Source: an uncultured Gammaproteobacteria bacterium
Lineage (GTDB): Bacteria; Pseudomonadota; Gammaproteobacteria; UBA9214
Assembly (NCBI GenBank): GCA_963773065.1
Contig: CAVYZN010000005.1
Span: 1-64,000 of the forward strand
DNA: 64,000 nucleotides
Direction: 5' to 3'
The notes below the pieces were generated by a model. It was not told where the DNA came from and searched no databases. It worked only from the letters and a program-made list of their open reading frames with translations. Positions 52,871 to 64,000 of this stretch are shown piece after piece (positions within the stretch are counted from its first letter, which is position 1; every line of letters starts with the position of its first letter). Position numbers and translations under genes: made by a program.

Positions 52871-53702
52871 TTAATTGCCGACCCTGTCCCGCACGGCCTG
52901 TTGGTCAATGGCGGCGCGCATGGCGGAGAGTGTTTCCGCCAGCACGGGGGCGATGGCCTCGGGTTGCTCAACCAGGGTGGCTATTTTTGCAACCAGGGCG
53001 CTGCCGACCACCACCGCATCCGCAATCCGGGCAATCTGCGCGGCCGCGGCGGGGTCGCGGATGCCGAAACCCACACCCACGGGCAATCCCGTGTAGTGGC
53101 GGATCTCCTCGAGTTTGCCGGCAACCGAGTTTCACATCCAGGCGATTGGCCCCGGTCACACCCTTGAACGAAACGTAGTAGACAAACCCGCTCGCCGCAC
53201 GGCACACCGTTTGAATGCGTGACGGGCTGCTGGTCGGGGCGAGCAGGAAAATGGCATCCAGGCCCTGATCGTGCAGTGCCGCCGCGAGACCGGCGCCTTC
53301 CTCGGGCGGCATATCCACCGTCAGCACACCGTCAACGCCGGCGACCGCGGCGGCTGCGGCAAAGTCCTGATAGCCCCAGACCTCGATCGGGTTGAGATAG
53401 CCCATGAGCACTATCGGTGTGGCGTCGTCCCGGCGGCGGAACTCCCTGACCATGTCGAGCACATCATGCAGGCTGATATGATGCACCAGGGCACGTTCAC
53501 AGGCGGCCTGGATCACCGGTCCATCCGCCATGGGATCGGAAAATGGTACGCCGATCTCGACGATATCGGCCCCCGCCTGCACCAGGGCGTGCAGCAGTGG
53601 CACGGTCACCTCCGGGCGGGGATCGCCGGCCGTCACATACGGGATCAACGCCTTGCGCTGCTGTGCGCGCAGCTTTTGAAAGCGGGCCTCGATGCGGCTC
53701 AT
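52871..53702 (-). CDS. trpA: Tryptophan synthase alpha (frameshift near 53131)
   Basis: [22 protein letters not shown] and VVGSA are in a second frame. Confidence 0.95.
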
Positions 53703-54928
53703 ACCACGATGCCCTCGAGATCCGCCACGGTATGGATGTCCTTGTCGCCGCGACCGGACAGATTCACCACGATAATGCTATCGGAGTCCATGCCGGCCGC
53801 GAGCCTGGCGGCATAGGCCAATGCGTGACTCGATTCCAGCGCGGGTATGATGCCCTCCGTCCGGGTCAGTTGATGAAAGGCCGTCAGGGCTTCGCGGTCG
53901 GTGATAGTGGCGTAGCGGGCCCGCCCGCTGTCCTTCAACCAAGCGTGTTCCGGGCCAACGCCGGGGTAGTCGAGTCCGGCCGAGATGGAGTGGGTTTCGA
54001 GTATCTGTCCATCCTTGTCCTCCATCAGGTAGGTCCGGTTCCCGTGCAGGACACCGGGCCTGCCGGCACACAGTGGAGCGGCATGGCGGCCCGTTTCGAT
54101 GCCGTCCCCGCCGGCTTCGACACCATGGAGCGCAACTCCCGTATCGTTCAGGAAAGGATAGAACAGACCAATGGCATTGGAGCCGCCGCCGACACAGGCG
54201 ACCAGCGCATCGGGGAGGCGGCCGGTCCGCTCCAGCACCTGGGCGCGGGCTTCGCGCCCGATAACCGCCTGAAAATCCCGCACCATCACGGGATAGGGAT
54301 GCGGCCCGGCCACGGTGCCGATGATGTAGAACGTGGTGTCGACATTGGTAACCCAGTCGCGCAACGCCTCGTTGAGCGCGTCCTTGAGGGTTTTCGAGCC
54401 GGACTTGACCGCCACCACCTCCGCTCCCAGCAGGCGCATGCGATAGACATTGATCGACTGACGCCTGATGTCCTCGGCACCCATGTAGACCACGCACTCC
54501 ATGCCGAGTCGGGCCGCAACCGTTGCGCTGGCCACGCCATGCTGCCCCGCCCCGGTTTCGGCGATGATGCGCTTCTTGCCCATGCGTTTCGCCAGCAGGG
54601 CCTGCCCGACCGTGTTGTTGATCTTGTGGGCACCGGTATGGTTGAGGTCTTCCCGCTTGAGGTAGATGCGCGCTCCACCGATCTCTCTGCTCAGGCGTTC
54701 GGCGAAATAAAGCGGCGAGGGTCGTCCGACATAGTGCGCGAGGTCCGCATCCAGCTCCGCAAGAAACTCCGGGTCCTTGAGGTAACGCCGATAGGCGGCG
54801 GTCAATTCATCCAGGGGCAGCATGAGAGTTTCCGCAACGAATTGGCCGCCATAGGGTCCGAAGTGACCCGCCTCATCCGGAAGCAAGGCAGCGGTCGCGC
54901 CGGCTTCAGTCGTCTGTATCTGTGTCAC
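53699..54928 (-). CDS. trpB: Tryptophan synthase beta
   Basis: [28 protein letters not shown]. Confidence 0.98.
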   Translation of the reverse strand: MTQIQTTEAGATAALLPDEAGHFGPYGGQFVAETLMLPLDELTAAYRRYLKDPEFLAELDADLAHYVGRPSPLYFAERLSREIGGARIYLKREDLNHTGAHKINNTVGQALLAKRMGKKRIIAETGAGQHGVASATVAARLGMECVVYMGAEDIRRQSINVYRMRLLGAEVVAVKSGSKTLKDALNEALRDWVTNVDTTFYIIGTVAGPHPYPVMVRDFQAVIGREARAQVLERTGRLPDALVACVGGGSNAIGLFYPFLNDTGVALHGVEAGGDGIETGRHAAPLCAGRPGVLHGNRTYLMEDKDGQILETHSISAGLDYPGVGPEHAWLKDSGRARYATITDREALTAFHQLTRTEGIIPALESSHALAYAARLAAGMDSDSIIVVNLSGRGDKDIHTVADLEGIVV

Positions 54929-55541
54929 CGCCTCTTACCCCTTTCATGAAGGCCGAGATCATGTCGGCCGATTTGATGCCTTTGCTGCTTTCCACCCCGC
55001 TGCTGACATCGACGGCGTACGGTCTGACCTGCCTGATGGCCGCTCCGACATTGGCCGCCGTCAGTCCCCCCGCGAGTATGACGGGTAGCGGCAGGTTTTT
55101 TGGTACCTGTGCCCAATCAAACGCCTCACCGCCCCCGCCATGGGTTTGCGGCTGCCACGCATCCAGCAGGATACCGCTGGCATCGGGGTAGGCCGCGACC
55201 TGCGCACGCAGATCAGTGTCCGGCTTCATGGCGACTGACTTGATGAAAGGCAGGCCGTAGCAGTTGCAATCATCATTTACCTCATGGCCGTGAAACTGCA
55301 GCAGGCCCAGCGGAATGTTCTCGAGTACAGCCTGTATTGATGAGGGTGATGCGTTGACAAACAGGCCGACCACCGTGACAAAGGGCGCAACGGCAGCCGT
55401 TATCCGCCAGGCCAGATCCAGCGTCACAAGGCGCGGGCTTTCCTCGAAGAAGACCAGCCCAATCGCATCGACGCCGTGCTCGACGGCGCTGCGCGCATCC
55501 TCGACGCGGGTGATGCCGCAAATTTTAACGCGGGTTCGCAT
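54906..55541 (-). CDS. trpF: Phosphoribosylanthranilate isomerase
   Basis: [21 protein letters not shown]. Confidence 0.96.
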   Translation of the reverse strand: MRTRVKICGITRVEDARSAVEHGVDAIGLVFFEESPRLVTLDLAWRITAAVAPFVTVVGLFVNASPSSIQAVLENIPLGLLQFHGHEVNDDCNCYGLPFIKSVAMKPDTDLRAQVAAYPDASGILLDAWQPQTHGGGGEAFDWAQVPKNLPLPVILAGGLTAANVGAAIRQVRPYAVDVSSGVESSKGIKSADMISAFMKGVRGGDTDTDD

Positions 55542-55628
55542 GATCAGGCCATAGTGGATTATTGTCAGGCTTCTCGCCAGTCAGGTTGCAAGCGTAACAG
55601 AAACCCGTGGTATGGCGTGATTACCGGG

Positions 55629-56411
55629 TTAACGACCGTACTCCGGCAGCCAGCCACGATGGGGGATGGCAAACCGCTCGGGATAGTGAATACAGACCAG
55701 GTATAACCCCGCTGCCGAGGCGGTTATGCCGCCCACCGCGCGATCCCTTGCCTCCAGCACCTGTTTGACCCAGTCGGGTGATGTCTCGCCACGGCCGGTG
55801 GTGATCAATACACCGGCAATGCAGCGCACCATATGATGCAGGAAAGCGTTCGCCACCACATCGATATAGATAAAATCGCCGCAACGGCTGACCTCGAGTG
55901 AATAAACCGTTCTGACCGGATGCCTCGCCTGGCAGGCGAGGGCGCGAAACGAGGTAAAATCATGTTCGCCGAGCAGGTGGGTTGCGGCCTGCCGCATGCG
56001 GGCCTCGTCGAGTTCGGCGTGGACCCAACAGACCCGGTGCCTGAGCTGGGCCGAGGGATGGGGTCTGTTGAGGATCACGTAACGGTAGTGGCGCCGGCGT
56101 GCCGAAAAGCGCGCATGGAAGGTGTCATCCATTTCCCTGGCCCACTGAATGCGGATATCCAGGGGCATATTGGCGTTGCCGCCGCGAATCCAGGCCTTTT
56201 CCTCGCGAACCGCTTCGGTATCGATATGGACTACCTGCTCGATGGCGTGTACGCCCGTATCGGTACGGCCTGCACAGACCGTGGTGAGATCTTGGTCGGC
56301 GACCCGGGAGAGAGCCTCTTCCAGGCAGCCCTGCACGCTGCGGCCGGTCCGCTGGCGCTGCCAGCCGCAAAAGTCCGTACCGTCATACTCAACACCCAAG
56401 GCAATGCGCAT
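55629..56411 (-). CDS. truA: tRNA pseudouridine(38-40) synthase
   Basis: AGRTDTGVHA, FHARFSA, FLHHMVR. Confidence 0.97.
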   Translation of the reverse strand: MRIALGVEYDGTDFCGWQRQRTGRSVQGCLEEALSRVADQDLTTVCAGRTDTGVHAIEQVVHIDTEAVREEKAWIRGGNANMPLDIRIQWAREMDDTFHARFSARRRHYRYVILNRPHPSAQLRHRVCWVHAELDEARMRQAATHLLGEHDFTSFRALACQARHPVRTVYSLEVSRCGDFIYIDVVANAFLHHMVRCIAGVLITTGRGETSPDWVKQVLEARDRAVGGITASAAGLYLVCIHYPERFAIPHRGWLPEYGR

Positions 56412-56639
56412 ATGCGGCCTGGAATTTCAGGTACGTGAATTCTGTACGTGTGGCACGGACGGTTGGGACGAAGGGATACCGGGCAGATACACAACAGCCA
56501 CCTGACGGCCGTCGATAGTGTCATGATGCCATCCTGCACTGCCGACACAAAGAAGCCGGACCGGATCATGAACCGCAGCGGGCTGCCGTTACCAGTGACC
56601 CCTGACTATGGTAGTGTCGTCTTCAGCCTGCCGCACGGC

Positions 56640-58895
56640 TCAGGCAAGCCGTGAAATCAGGTTTTCCGCCTCGATCTTCTGATCGTCATTTCCTTCCTCA
56701 AGCACCTCTTTCAGGATGCCCCGGGCTCCGTCGGGATCACCCATGTCCATATAGGCGCGCGCGAGATCAAGCTTGGTGCCTATTTCATCGCTGCTGTCCA
56801 GCAGTCCTTCGGCGAGGGATCCTTCCTCTTGGTTGAGATCCAGTGCATCGAGATTGAAATCGACGTTTTCAGCATAATCGCCGGTTCCCTTCACGCCGCC
56901 TTCGTAATCAAGCCCGATGTCGTTGCCGGCGGGATTTCCAGCGGCGGGACTTTCCTCCATGCCGGTGAGGTCCATACCAAATTCCACGTCGCTTTCCTGA
57001 ACCGCGCGCAGCGTTATGGCCGCCTGGTATAAGGGGTTGGCGGGTGAAAGTTCGTAACCCATGCCGGCAACCCTGCGCCAATCGGGATCACTCTCGCCGA
57101 CCGTTTCGCGGAACACGGCCGCCTGGGCGTCGAAAGCGGCGGTATTGCCGGCGGCGTGATAGATCTCCAACAGTTTGATCTTGAGATCACGGCGATTGGG
57201 GTTGCCGTGCAAGGCGTTCTTGATGACGTCCTCCGCCTGTTGCACCCGCCCGTAGGCGATAAACACATCCGCTTCCGTCAATGGATCGCTCGCATCATCA
57301 CCCTGTAATGGTCCCATGTCATCGGCGGAGAAATCGCTGAACAGCGTGTCGTCACTGACGGCAACACGGTGCCTGACAGGCGGCTCATCATTACGCGCGG
57401 CAGACATCTGACTCGCGAGCGTTGGCTCCTCATTGAATATGTCCTCCGTTTTGCGCTGCCGGGTTGACGCCCACAGGAATCCGCCCAGGATCATTGCGAC
57501 CAGTACGCCCAGTCCGGCGAGTACCGGATTGTCCAACAGACGATCGACAATCCCTTTGGGTTTGCCGTCATCGCGGCCATTTGCAGCGGGAGTCGTCCTG
57601 GCCAGCGTTTCCCCCGACGCCGCCATCTGGTCACTTGCCGGTGCTTGCGCCTCGGATGAAGTCTCCTCTGCCGTATTGGCTGAAGGTGTCTGATTTTGCG
57701 TCGCGAGCCTGTTCTGCAGGTTCGCCAGTTGTTCGTCTTTCAGTTCAATCAGGCGTTGCATGCTGGTGACCTGTTCTTCCAGTTTGCTGACACGGGATTG
57801 CAATTCCTGCGACTGTGCGCGACCCGCCTCTGCCTCTTCGGTTGCGAGTGACAACTGCTGGAGCAGTGCTTGCGAGTCCGGCGCCTGCGCCGCACCGCTT
57901 GCAGGTACACCGGGAGCAACGGCCCCTTTGATGGTCTCGTCCTCAGGTGCGACCAACTGCAGGCGGGACTCCACTGCAGGCTCGGCTTTGGGCTCGGTGG
58001 CGGTTTCGGTTTCGGGCTCGGGGGCGGAAGCCGGCTGTCCTTTCGGCGCCATTTCGGGTGCTCTCGCCTGCTCTGTAGGACGTTCAGCGCCGCGGCCCTG
58101 TTGCCATTCGGTATATTGACGGCTGGCTTCACGTCGCGCGGCGGATTGGTCCAGCGACAGAATCTCGTCTCGCTGGGGAATCTGCAGGGTCACGCCGGCC
58201 TTCATATTGTTGATGTTGTTGTTGACAAAGGCATCCGGGTTCGCGCGCTGCAGGGCGAGCATCATCTGCTGAATGCTGATATCACCGCCGGGACGAACGC
58301 GCTTCGCAATATCCCAGAGAGTCTCGCTGCGTTTCACCGGACCATAATTATCGGCACCCCCAGAGGCGATTACCGGGGCGGGCGCAACGGTTGCCGGCCT
58401 CGCCGCCGGTACTCTGGCGAGAGGCGGGGCCTGCACGGCTTCGGGGGGCGGCGCCTGTCTGACTAAAGGGGCTCGCGGAGCCGGCGGAATTGCCGGCATT
58501 GTGACCGGCGGATCGACAAGCAGCGTATATTGCCTGAGCAATCGGCCCTTGCTCCAGGTCGCCTCGATCAGGAAATCCAGATAAGGTTCGCGCACAGGCT
58601 GCCGGGTGGTAATGCGGATGACCGGCTTGCCGCCCGGAAGCTGCTCAACATTGAATTGAAAGTCCTCCAGAATGGCCGGCCGGGAGACTCCCAGTTTGTC
58701 AAAGGATTCCCTGGATGCGATGGTGACCTTGAGTTCTTGAAGTTCCTCCTTGCTCGCCGAGGTAAGCTCGACATCGGCACTTAACGGGTCGTTCAATGTG
58801 GAGTGGATTTCGATGTCGCCGAGTCCGATCGCCAGAACATTCGAGCTTGCCGTCAAATACAGCATGGCCGCTGCGACTACTGCCTTTCTAAACAT
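56640..58895 (-). CDS. fimV: FimV/HubP polar landmark protein
   Basis: IGLGDIEIHSTLNDPL N-terminus, LysM-like ETLWDIA, C-terminal TKLDLARAYMDMGD. Confidence 0.93.
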   Translation of the reverse strand: MFRKAVVAAAMLYLTASSNVLAIGLGDIEIHSTLNDPLSADVELTSASKEELQELKVTIASRESFDKLGVSRPAILEDFQFNVEQLPGGKPVIRITTRQPVREPYLDFLIEATWSKGRLLRQYTLLVDPPVTMPAIPPAPRAPLVRQAPPPEAVQAPPLARVPAARPATVAPAPVIASGGADNYGPVKRSETLWDIAKRVRPGGDISIQQMMLALQRANPDAFVNNNINNMKAGVTLQIPQRDEILSLDQSAARREASRQYTEWQQGRGAERPTEQARAPEMAPKGQPASAPEPETETATEPKAEPAVESRLQLVAPEDETIKGAVAPGVPASGAAQAPDSQALLQQLSLATEEAEAGRAQSQELQSRVSKLEEQVTSMQRLIELKDEQLANLQNRLATQNQTPSANTAEETSSEAQAPASDQMAASGETLARTTPAANGRDDGKPKGIVDRLLDNPVLAGLGVLVAMILGGFLWASTRQRKTEDIFNEEPTLASQMSAARNDEPPVRHRVAVSDDTLFSDFSADDMGPLQGDDASDPLTEADVFIAYGRVQQAEDVIKNALHGNPNRRDLKIKLLEIYHAAGNTAAFDAQAAVFRETVGESDPDWRRVAGMGYELSPANPLYQAAITLRAVQESDVEFGMDLTGMEESPAAGNPAGNDIGLDYEGGVKGTGDYAENVDFNLDALDLNQEEGSLAEGLLDSSDEIGTKLDLARAYMDMGDPDGARGILKEVLEEGNDDQKIEAENLISRLA

Positions 58896-58992
58896 ACCGA
58901 TCACCTCTGTTGGACAGTCTCTGAAGGCGCGCGCCGTAACTCCCTGACCAGCCAACCTGGCAGGCCAGGGAACCAATCCTGCGAACTATAAC

Positions 58993-60016
58993 TTACAAGT
59001 AATCTTTCACCAAGATTTCAGCAATCTGGATGCTGTTGAGGGCCGCACCTTTGCGCACGTTATCGGCGACGACCCACAGGTCTAAACCTCTCGGATGCGA
59101 GATGTCTTCCCGGATCCTGCCGACGTAGACCGGGTCATGATTGGCCGCCTCCGTAACCGCTGTCGGATAACCGCCGTCCCGGCGTTCATCGATCACCACG
59201 ACGCCGGGGGCGTGCTCAAGCAAGTTGCGAGCCTGCTCGGCGCTGATCTTATCCCGCGTCTCGATATGGACGGCCTCGGAGTGACCGTAGAACACCGGCA
59301 CCCTGACCGTAGTCGGATTGACCATGATCGTATCGTCTTCCATGATCTTCCTGGTTTCCCAGACCATCTTCATCTCTTCCTTGGTATACCCGTTCTCCTG
59401 GAACACGTCGATGTGCGGCAATACGTTGAAGGCGATCTGCTTCGGATAGACTTCCGCCTTGATGGAATTGCCGTTCAGCAGATTCGCCGTCTGGCCCGCG
59501 AGTTCCTCGATGGCTTCCTTGCCGGTACCCGATACCGCCTGATAGGTACAGACATTGATGCGTGTGATACCAACCGCATCATGGATCGGCTTCAGCGCCA
59601 CCAGCATCTGGATGGTGGAGCAGTTCGGGTTCGCTATGATGCCGTGGTTGGTGTAATGCTTGATCGCCCAAGGATTCACCTCCGGAACCACCAGCGGAAT
59701 ATCGTCCTGGTAACGGAACTGGGAGGTATTGTCGATGACGACGCAGCCAGCCTTCGCCGGCAAGCGGTGCGTACTTTTCCGAAATGGAGGCCCCGGCGGA
59801 GAAAAGCCCGATCTGTACCCGGGAAAAATCAAAGCTGCTCAAATCCTGAACGGTGAGCATCTTTTTACCAAAGGGTACCTTCTTGCCGGCGGAGCGTTCG
59901 CTTGCCAGGGCATAGACATTGTTGACCGGAAAATTCCTTTCCGCGAGGATTCCCAGCATCGCCTCGCCGACTGCACCGGTTGCTCCCACGACTGCCACAT
60001 CAAATTTACGTGTCAT
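58993..60016 (-). CDS. asd: Aspartate-semialdehyde dehydrogenase (frameshift near 59758)
   Basis: VVGATGAVG, IANPNCSTIQ, DNVRKGAALN. Confidence 0.96.
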
Positions 60017-60075
60017 TTTCTCGACTACCCGTTAACTGAACCCGTACAAGCGGGCGGATTGATATCAAAGCTTGG

Positions 60076-61164
60076 TCATGCGCCGGCCCGCAGCGCGGCT
60101 GCCACCGCATCGCCCATCTCCCGGGTCCCGACGGTTCGCATTCCCGTGGATGCAATATCCGCTGTCCGCAGACCGGCATCGAGGACCTTGCCAACAGCCT
60201 GCTCGATACGCCCGGCAAGCGCCGGCTCATCCAGACTGTAGCGCAGCATCATGGCCACTGACAGTATCGTGGCAAGCGGATTGGCGATGCCCCGGCCAGC
60301 GATGTCAGGCGCCGAACCGTGGATGGGCTCGTACATCCCCTTGCCGCGACTGTTTAGCGAAGCCGATGGCAGCATACCGATGGATCCCGTCAGCATGGCG
60401 GCCGCGTCCGAGAGTATATCCCCGAACATGTTGGTCGTTACCATGACATCGAACTGTTTGGGTCTGCGCACCAGTTGCATGGCGGCATTATCCACGTACA
60501 TGTGGCTCAATTCGACATCGCCGTATTCCGCTTTACCCAGATGCGTGATGACCTGACGCCACAGTTCGGTGGATTCCAGCACATTGGCCTTATCCACGGA
60601 GCACAGGCGATGCGAGCGCCGGCGCGCGATTTCGAAGGCGCAGCGACCGATGCGTTCGATCTCCGACTCGCTGTAGATTAATGTGTTGAAACCTTCGCGT
60701 TGTCCGTCCGCCCGGGTGCGGATACCGCGCGGCGTTCCGAAATAGATCCCGCCCGTAAGCTCGCGCACGATCATGATATCCAGACCGCTGACGATCTCGG
60801 GTTTCAGGGTCGAGGCCGCGATGAGCTGTGGATAGAGTATGGCCGGCCTCAGGTTGGCGAACAGTTCGAGCCCCGCACGCAGGCCGAGCAGTCCCTGCTC
60901 GGGACGCAAGTGACGTTCCAGCCCATCCCATTTGGGACCTCCCACCGAACCCAGCAGAACGGCATCGGCCGCCCTCGCCAGTTGCAGCGTCGCCGCCGGC
61001 AGCGGGTGGCCGGCTGCATCATAACCGGCCCCGCCGACGGGCGCGTGTTCGCGCTCAAGCGACAGTCCGAATTCCGCCTGCAGACAGGTCAGAACCTTTT
61101 CCGCTTCGGCAATAATTTCCGGGCCAATTCCGTCACCGGGAAGAATGGCTATTTTATATGTCAT
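60076..61164 (-). CDS. leuB: 3-isopropylmalate dehydrogenase
   Basis: [25 protein letters not shown]. Confidence 0.97.
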   Translation of the reverse strand: MTYKIAILPGDGIGPEIIAEAEKVLTCLQAEFGLSLEREHAPVGGAGYDAAGHPLPAATLQLARAADAVLLGSVGGPKWDGLERHLRPEQGLLGLRAGLELFANLRPAILYPQLIAASTLKPEIVSGLDIMIVRELTGGIYFGTPRGIRTRADGQREGFNTLIYSESEIERIGRCAFEIARRRSHRLCSVDKANVLESTELWRQVITHLGKAEYGDVELSHMYVDNAAMQLVRRPKQFDVMVTTNMFGDILSDAAAMLTGSIGMLPSASLNSRGKGMYEPIHGSAPDIAGRGIANPLATILSVAMMLRYSLDEPALAGRIEQAVGKVLDAGLRTADIASTGMRTVGTREMGDAVAAALRAGA

Positions 61165-61192
61165 ATAAATCAGTTACAGACAATCACTCGGA

Positions 61193-61834
61193 TCAGTCGT
61201 CAAATAACCAGGGCGCTTCCCGGCGGCGCTTATCCTCGTAACGGCGGATGGCGTCGGCATGCTGCAAGGTCAGGCCGATATCATCCAGGCCATGAATCAG
61301 GCAATTCTTGCGAAAAGGGTCAACCGCGAACTCGATGACTTCCCGTTGTGGAGTGGTGATGCGCTGCGCCGGCAGGTCAACGGTCAGCGTGTAACCGGCG
61401 GTTACCGCAACGCCCTGGAAGAGACGTTCCACGGCGGCGGCCTCCAGCATGATCGGCAGCACCCCGTTCTTGAAGCAGTTATTGAAGAAGATATCCGCAA
61501 AGCTTGACGCGATCACTACCCGGAATCCCTGATCGAGCAATGCCCATACCGCATGTTCGCGCGACGACCCGCAACCAAAATTTTGCCGAGCGAGGAGAAT
61601 GGTCGCGTTGCGGTAGCGTGGTTGATTGAGAACGAAGTCAGGATTCACCGCCCGGGTGCTGTTATCCATGCCCGGCTCGCCATGATCCAGGTAACGCCAT
61701 TCATCAAACAGGTTTGGTCCAAAGCCCGTGCGCCGTATCGACTTGAGAAACTGTTTGGGAATGATGGCATCGGTATCGACATTAGCCCGATCCAGCGGCA
61801 GCACCAGTCCCGTCAGCGTCGTGAATTTTTCCAT
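61193..61834 (-). CDS. leuD: 3-isopropylmalate dehydratase small subunit
   Basis: [24 protein letters not shown]. Confidence 0.97.
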   Translation of the reverse strand: MEKFTTLTGLVLPLDRANVDTDAIIPKQFLKSIRRTGFGPNLFDEWRYLDHGEPGMDNSTRAVNPDFVLNQPRYRNATILLARQNFGCGSSREHAVWALLDQGFRVVIASSFADIFFNNCFKNGVLPIMLEAAAVERLFQGVAVTAGYTLTVDLPAQRITTPQREVIEFAVDPFRKNCLIHGLDDIGLTLQHADAIRRYEDKRRREAPWLFDD

Positions 61835-61839
61835 GGCCG

Positions 61840-63252
61840 TTACCCGCCCACCCGCGTGCGCACATCCACAAAATGCCCGGCCACCGCGGCGGCGGCGGCC
61901 ATCGCCGGGCTGACGAGGTGGGTGCGTCCGCCCGGTCCCTGGCGCCCTTCGAAATTCCGGTTCGACGTGGACGCGCAGCGTTCGCCGGGCGCCAGCCGAT
62001 CGGCGTTCATGGCCAGACACATGGAACAACCCGGTTCCCGCCATTCGAAACCGGCCGCCCGGAAGACGCGGTCCAGACCTTCGGCCTCGGCCTGTTGCTT
62101 GACCAGACCCGAGCCGGGGACCACCAATGCCTGTTTGATGCTTGCCGCCACCTTTTGTCCCTTGACCACGGCGGCCGCGACCCGCAGATCCTCGATTCGG
62201 GCATTGGTGCAGGAGCCGATAAACACATGATCCGGCCTGATGGCGCTGATCGGCATCCCCGGCTGCAGACCCATGTAGGCCAGCGCCTTGCGCATCCCTT
62301 CGCGTTTGACGGGATTGGCTTCCCGCTCGGGGTCGGGTACGACGCCGTCAACCGGGGCCACCATCTCGGGTGACGTGCCCCAGGTCACCTGCGGAACGAG
62401 GGCGGCGCCGTCGAGTGTGATCAATTGATCAAATTCGGCTTCCTCATCGCTCTTGAGGTCGGTCCAGGCGGCGACTGCCGCGTCCCACAGTCTCCCGACA
62501 GGCGCATAGGGACGGCCGGCAAGGTAATCAACGGTCGCGCCATCGACGGCGATCAGGCCGGCGCGCGCCCCGCCCTCGATGGCCATGTTGCACACCGTCA
62601 TACGTCCCTCCATGGACAGGGAACGGATGGCCGATCCGGAGAATTCGATGGCAAACCCGGTTCCGCCTGCGGTCCCGATACGGCCGATGATCGCCAGTAT
62701 CACGTCCTTGGCGGATACCCCGGTCATCAACCGGCCATCGACCCGAATCTGCATATTGGCGGATTTTTTCTGGATCAGGCACTGCGTCGCCAGCACGTGT
62801 TCGACCTCTGACGTGCCGATGCCGAAAGCCAGGGCGCCAAACGCCCCGTGGGTCGATGTGTGGGAATCGCCGCAGACGACGGTCATGCCCGGCAGGGTGG
62901 CGCCCTGCTCCGGGCCGATGACGTGCACGATCCCCTGACGCGGGTCATGCATGGAAAATTCGGTGATGCCGAAATCCGTACAGTTGCGATCCAGCGTCTC
63001 TACCTGTAGGCGCGACACCGGGTCGGCAATGCCCGCCGCGCGCGCCGTCGTCGGAACGTTGTGATCGGGAACGGCAAGGATGGACCGTGCCCGCCACGGC
63101 CGTCGGCCAGCCAGACGCAATCCCTCGAAGGCCTGGGGCGAGGTGACCTCGTGTACCAGATGCCGGTCGATATACAACAACGCCGTGCCGTCCCCGTCCT
63201 GCCGGACGAGGTGCGATTCCCAGAGTTTGTCGTAAAGGGTTTTACCGGGCAT
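61840..63252 (-). CDS. leuC: 3-isopropylmalate dehydratase large subunit
   Basis: [36 protein letters not shown]. Confidence 0.98.
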   Translation of the reverse strand: MPGKTLYDKLWESHLVRQDGDGTALLYIDRHLVHEVTSPQAFEGLRLAGRRPWRARSILAVPDHNVPTTARAAGIADPVSRLQVETLDRNCTDFGITEFSMHDPRQGIVHVIGPEQGATLPGMTVVCGDSHTSTHGAFGALAFGIGTSEVEHVLATQCLIQKKSANMQIRVDGRLMTGVSAKDVILAIIGRIGTAGGTGFAIEFSGSAIRSLSMEGRMTVCNMAIEGGARAGLIAVDGATVDYLAGRPYAPVGRLWDAAVAAWTDLKSDEEAEFDQLITLDGAALVPQVTWGTSPEMVAPVDGVVPDPEREANPVKREGMRKALAYMGLQPGMPISAIRPDHVFIGSCTNARIEDLRVAAAVVKGQKVAASIKQALVVPGSGLVKQQAEAEGLDRVFRAAGFEWREPGCSMCLAMNADRLAPGERCASTSNRNFEGRQGPGGRTHLVSPAMAAAAAVAGHFVDVRTRVGG

Positions 63253-63334
63253 TAGAGCGAGTTCCGACATCCGCAGACTTCAGACGGGGGATTATATCGG
63301 ATGGTGACAGCGAAAACAGGACTCGCGCACCCGG

Positions 63335-64000
63335 CTAATAATCATCCTTGATGCCCCGATAGGCCACGCCCAGGGCGGTGAGGCTGGCCACGGCGGCCAG
63401 CAGAAACATCGCCTCGGGTCCAATACCCTTCCAGAGGTAACCGCTGGCGAGGCTGCCGGCCGCACCGCCGGCGCCGAAACTCAGGCTGCTGTAAAGCGCC
63501 TGACCACGTCCCTGATGTGAACCGATAAACAGCAGATGGACCAGGTAAATCGACACGGCATGGTAAAGACCGAAGCTGACCGCATGCAGGGTCTGGGCCA
63601 GTCCGATGAGACTGACATGGCCAGGAAAAACGGCAATCACCAGCCAACGCAGGGAAGTAAGGCCGGCGGCAATCAACAGCAGTTGGCGCGCGCCGAAGCG
63701 CGGCAGCAGCCGCGGCATGAGCAGGAAAATGCCGATCTCGGCGATAACCCCCAGTGCCCAGAGTTGGCCGATCAGCGTGCGCGAATAACCGAAGTTCTCG
63801 AGGTAAATGGTAAAGAAGGTGTAATAGGGACCGTGGCTGGCCTGCATCAGGAAACATACACCGAAGAAGGAAACCACCATCGGCCGTCTGATCACCTGGC
63901 GCAGTGACTCCTGCTCCAGTTTCAGATGACCGGCCGCGGATTCCGGCACGGCAAGGCTGCTCAGCCAGATGGCGAAGAACAGGGCCAGCAGTATTCCAGG
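63335..64000 (-). CDS. MFS transporter (HcaT/MFS_1-like), 5' end outside the window
   Basis: SHGPYYTFFTIYL, GQLWALGVIAE, multiple TM segments. Confidence 0.85.
   Translation of the reverse strand, partial: PGILLALFFAIWLSSLAVPESAAGHLKLEQESLRQVIRRPMVVSFFGVCFLMQASHGPYYTFFTIYLENFGYSRTLIGQLWALGVIAEIGIFLLMPRLLPRFGARQLLLIAAGLTSLRWLVIAVFPGHVSLIGLAQTLHAVSFGLYHAVSIYLVHLLFIGSHQGRGQALYSSLSFGAGGAAGSLASGYLWKGIGPEAMFLLAAVASLTALGVAYRGIKDDY

Noticed and set aside
32081-60016. Frameshifts in ppiD (~33778), cysS (~42332), glycerate kinase (~45897), trpA (~53131) and asd (~59758), also SYLF (~4291) and the AsmA-like gene, as pseudogenisation or programmed frameshifting
   Set aside because: They are isolated indels in otherwise intact genes, including normally essential cysS and asd, with no shared slippery motif. 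Sequencing or assembly error is the simplest explanation. The same error rate makes the intron junctions uncertain by +/-1 nt.

Overview
This is a GC-rich chromosomal window from what looks like a gammaproteobacterium. From about 14 kb to the end it is mostly housekeeping genes, largely on the minus strand: sdhCDAB-sdhE-ygfX with ygfZ, an Ada-like methyltransferase, msrB, folD, a peptide ABC transporter, fabI, ppiD, hupB-lon-clpX-clpP-tig, seven tRNAs, cysS, a cyclophilin, lpxH, metZ-purF-cvpA-dedD-folC-accD-trpABF-truA-fimV-asd and leuBDC. The first 14 kb is accessory. (1) A nested group II intron pair: an intact RT-encoding intron sits in the catalytic domain V loop of an ORF-deleted class C-type intron, which is itself inserted at the foot of a REP-like hairpin. 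The inner intron's putative EBS1 loop is complementary to the domain V sequence it interrupts. (2) An mrr restriction gene is packaged as an integron cassette with a clear attC site but no integrase nearby. (3) An IS1634 splits the signal peptide of an ABC binding-protein gene and supplies an in-frame replacement N-terminus. Several families of palindromic repeats and MITEs, some nested, fill the intergenic gaps. Single-base frameshifts in several genes (cysS, asd, trpA, ppiD and others) most likely reflect assembly indel errors. All calls come from reading the sequence by eye; no searches were run.
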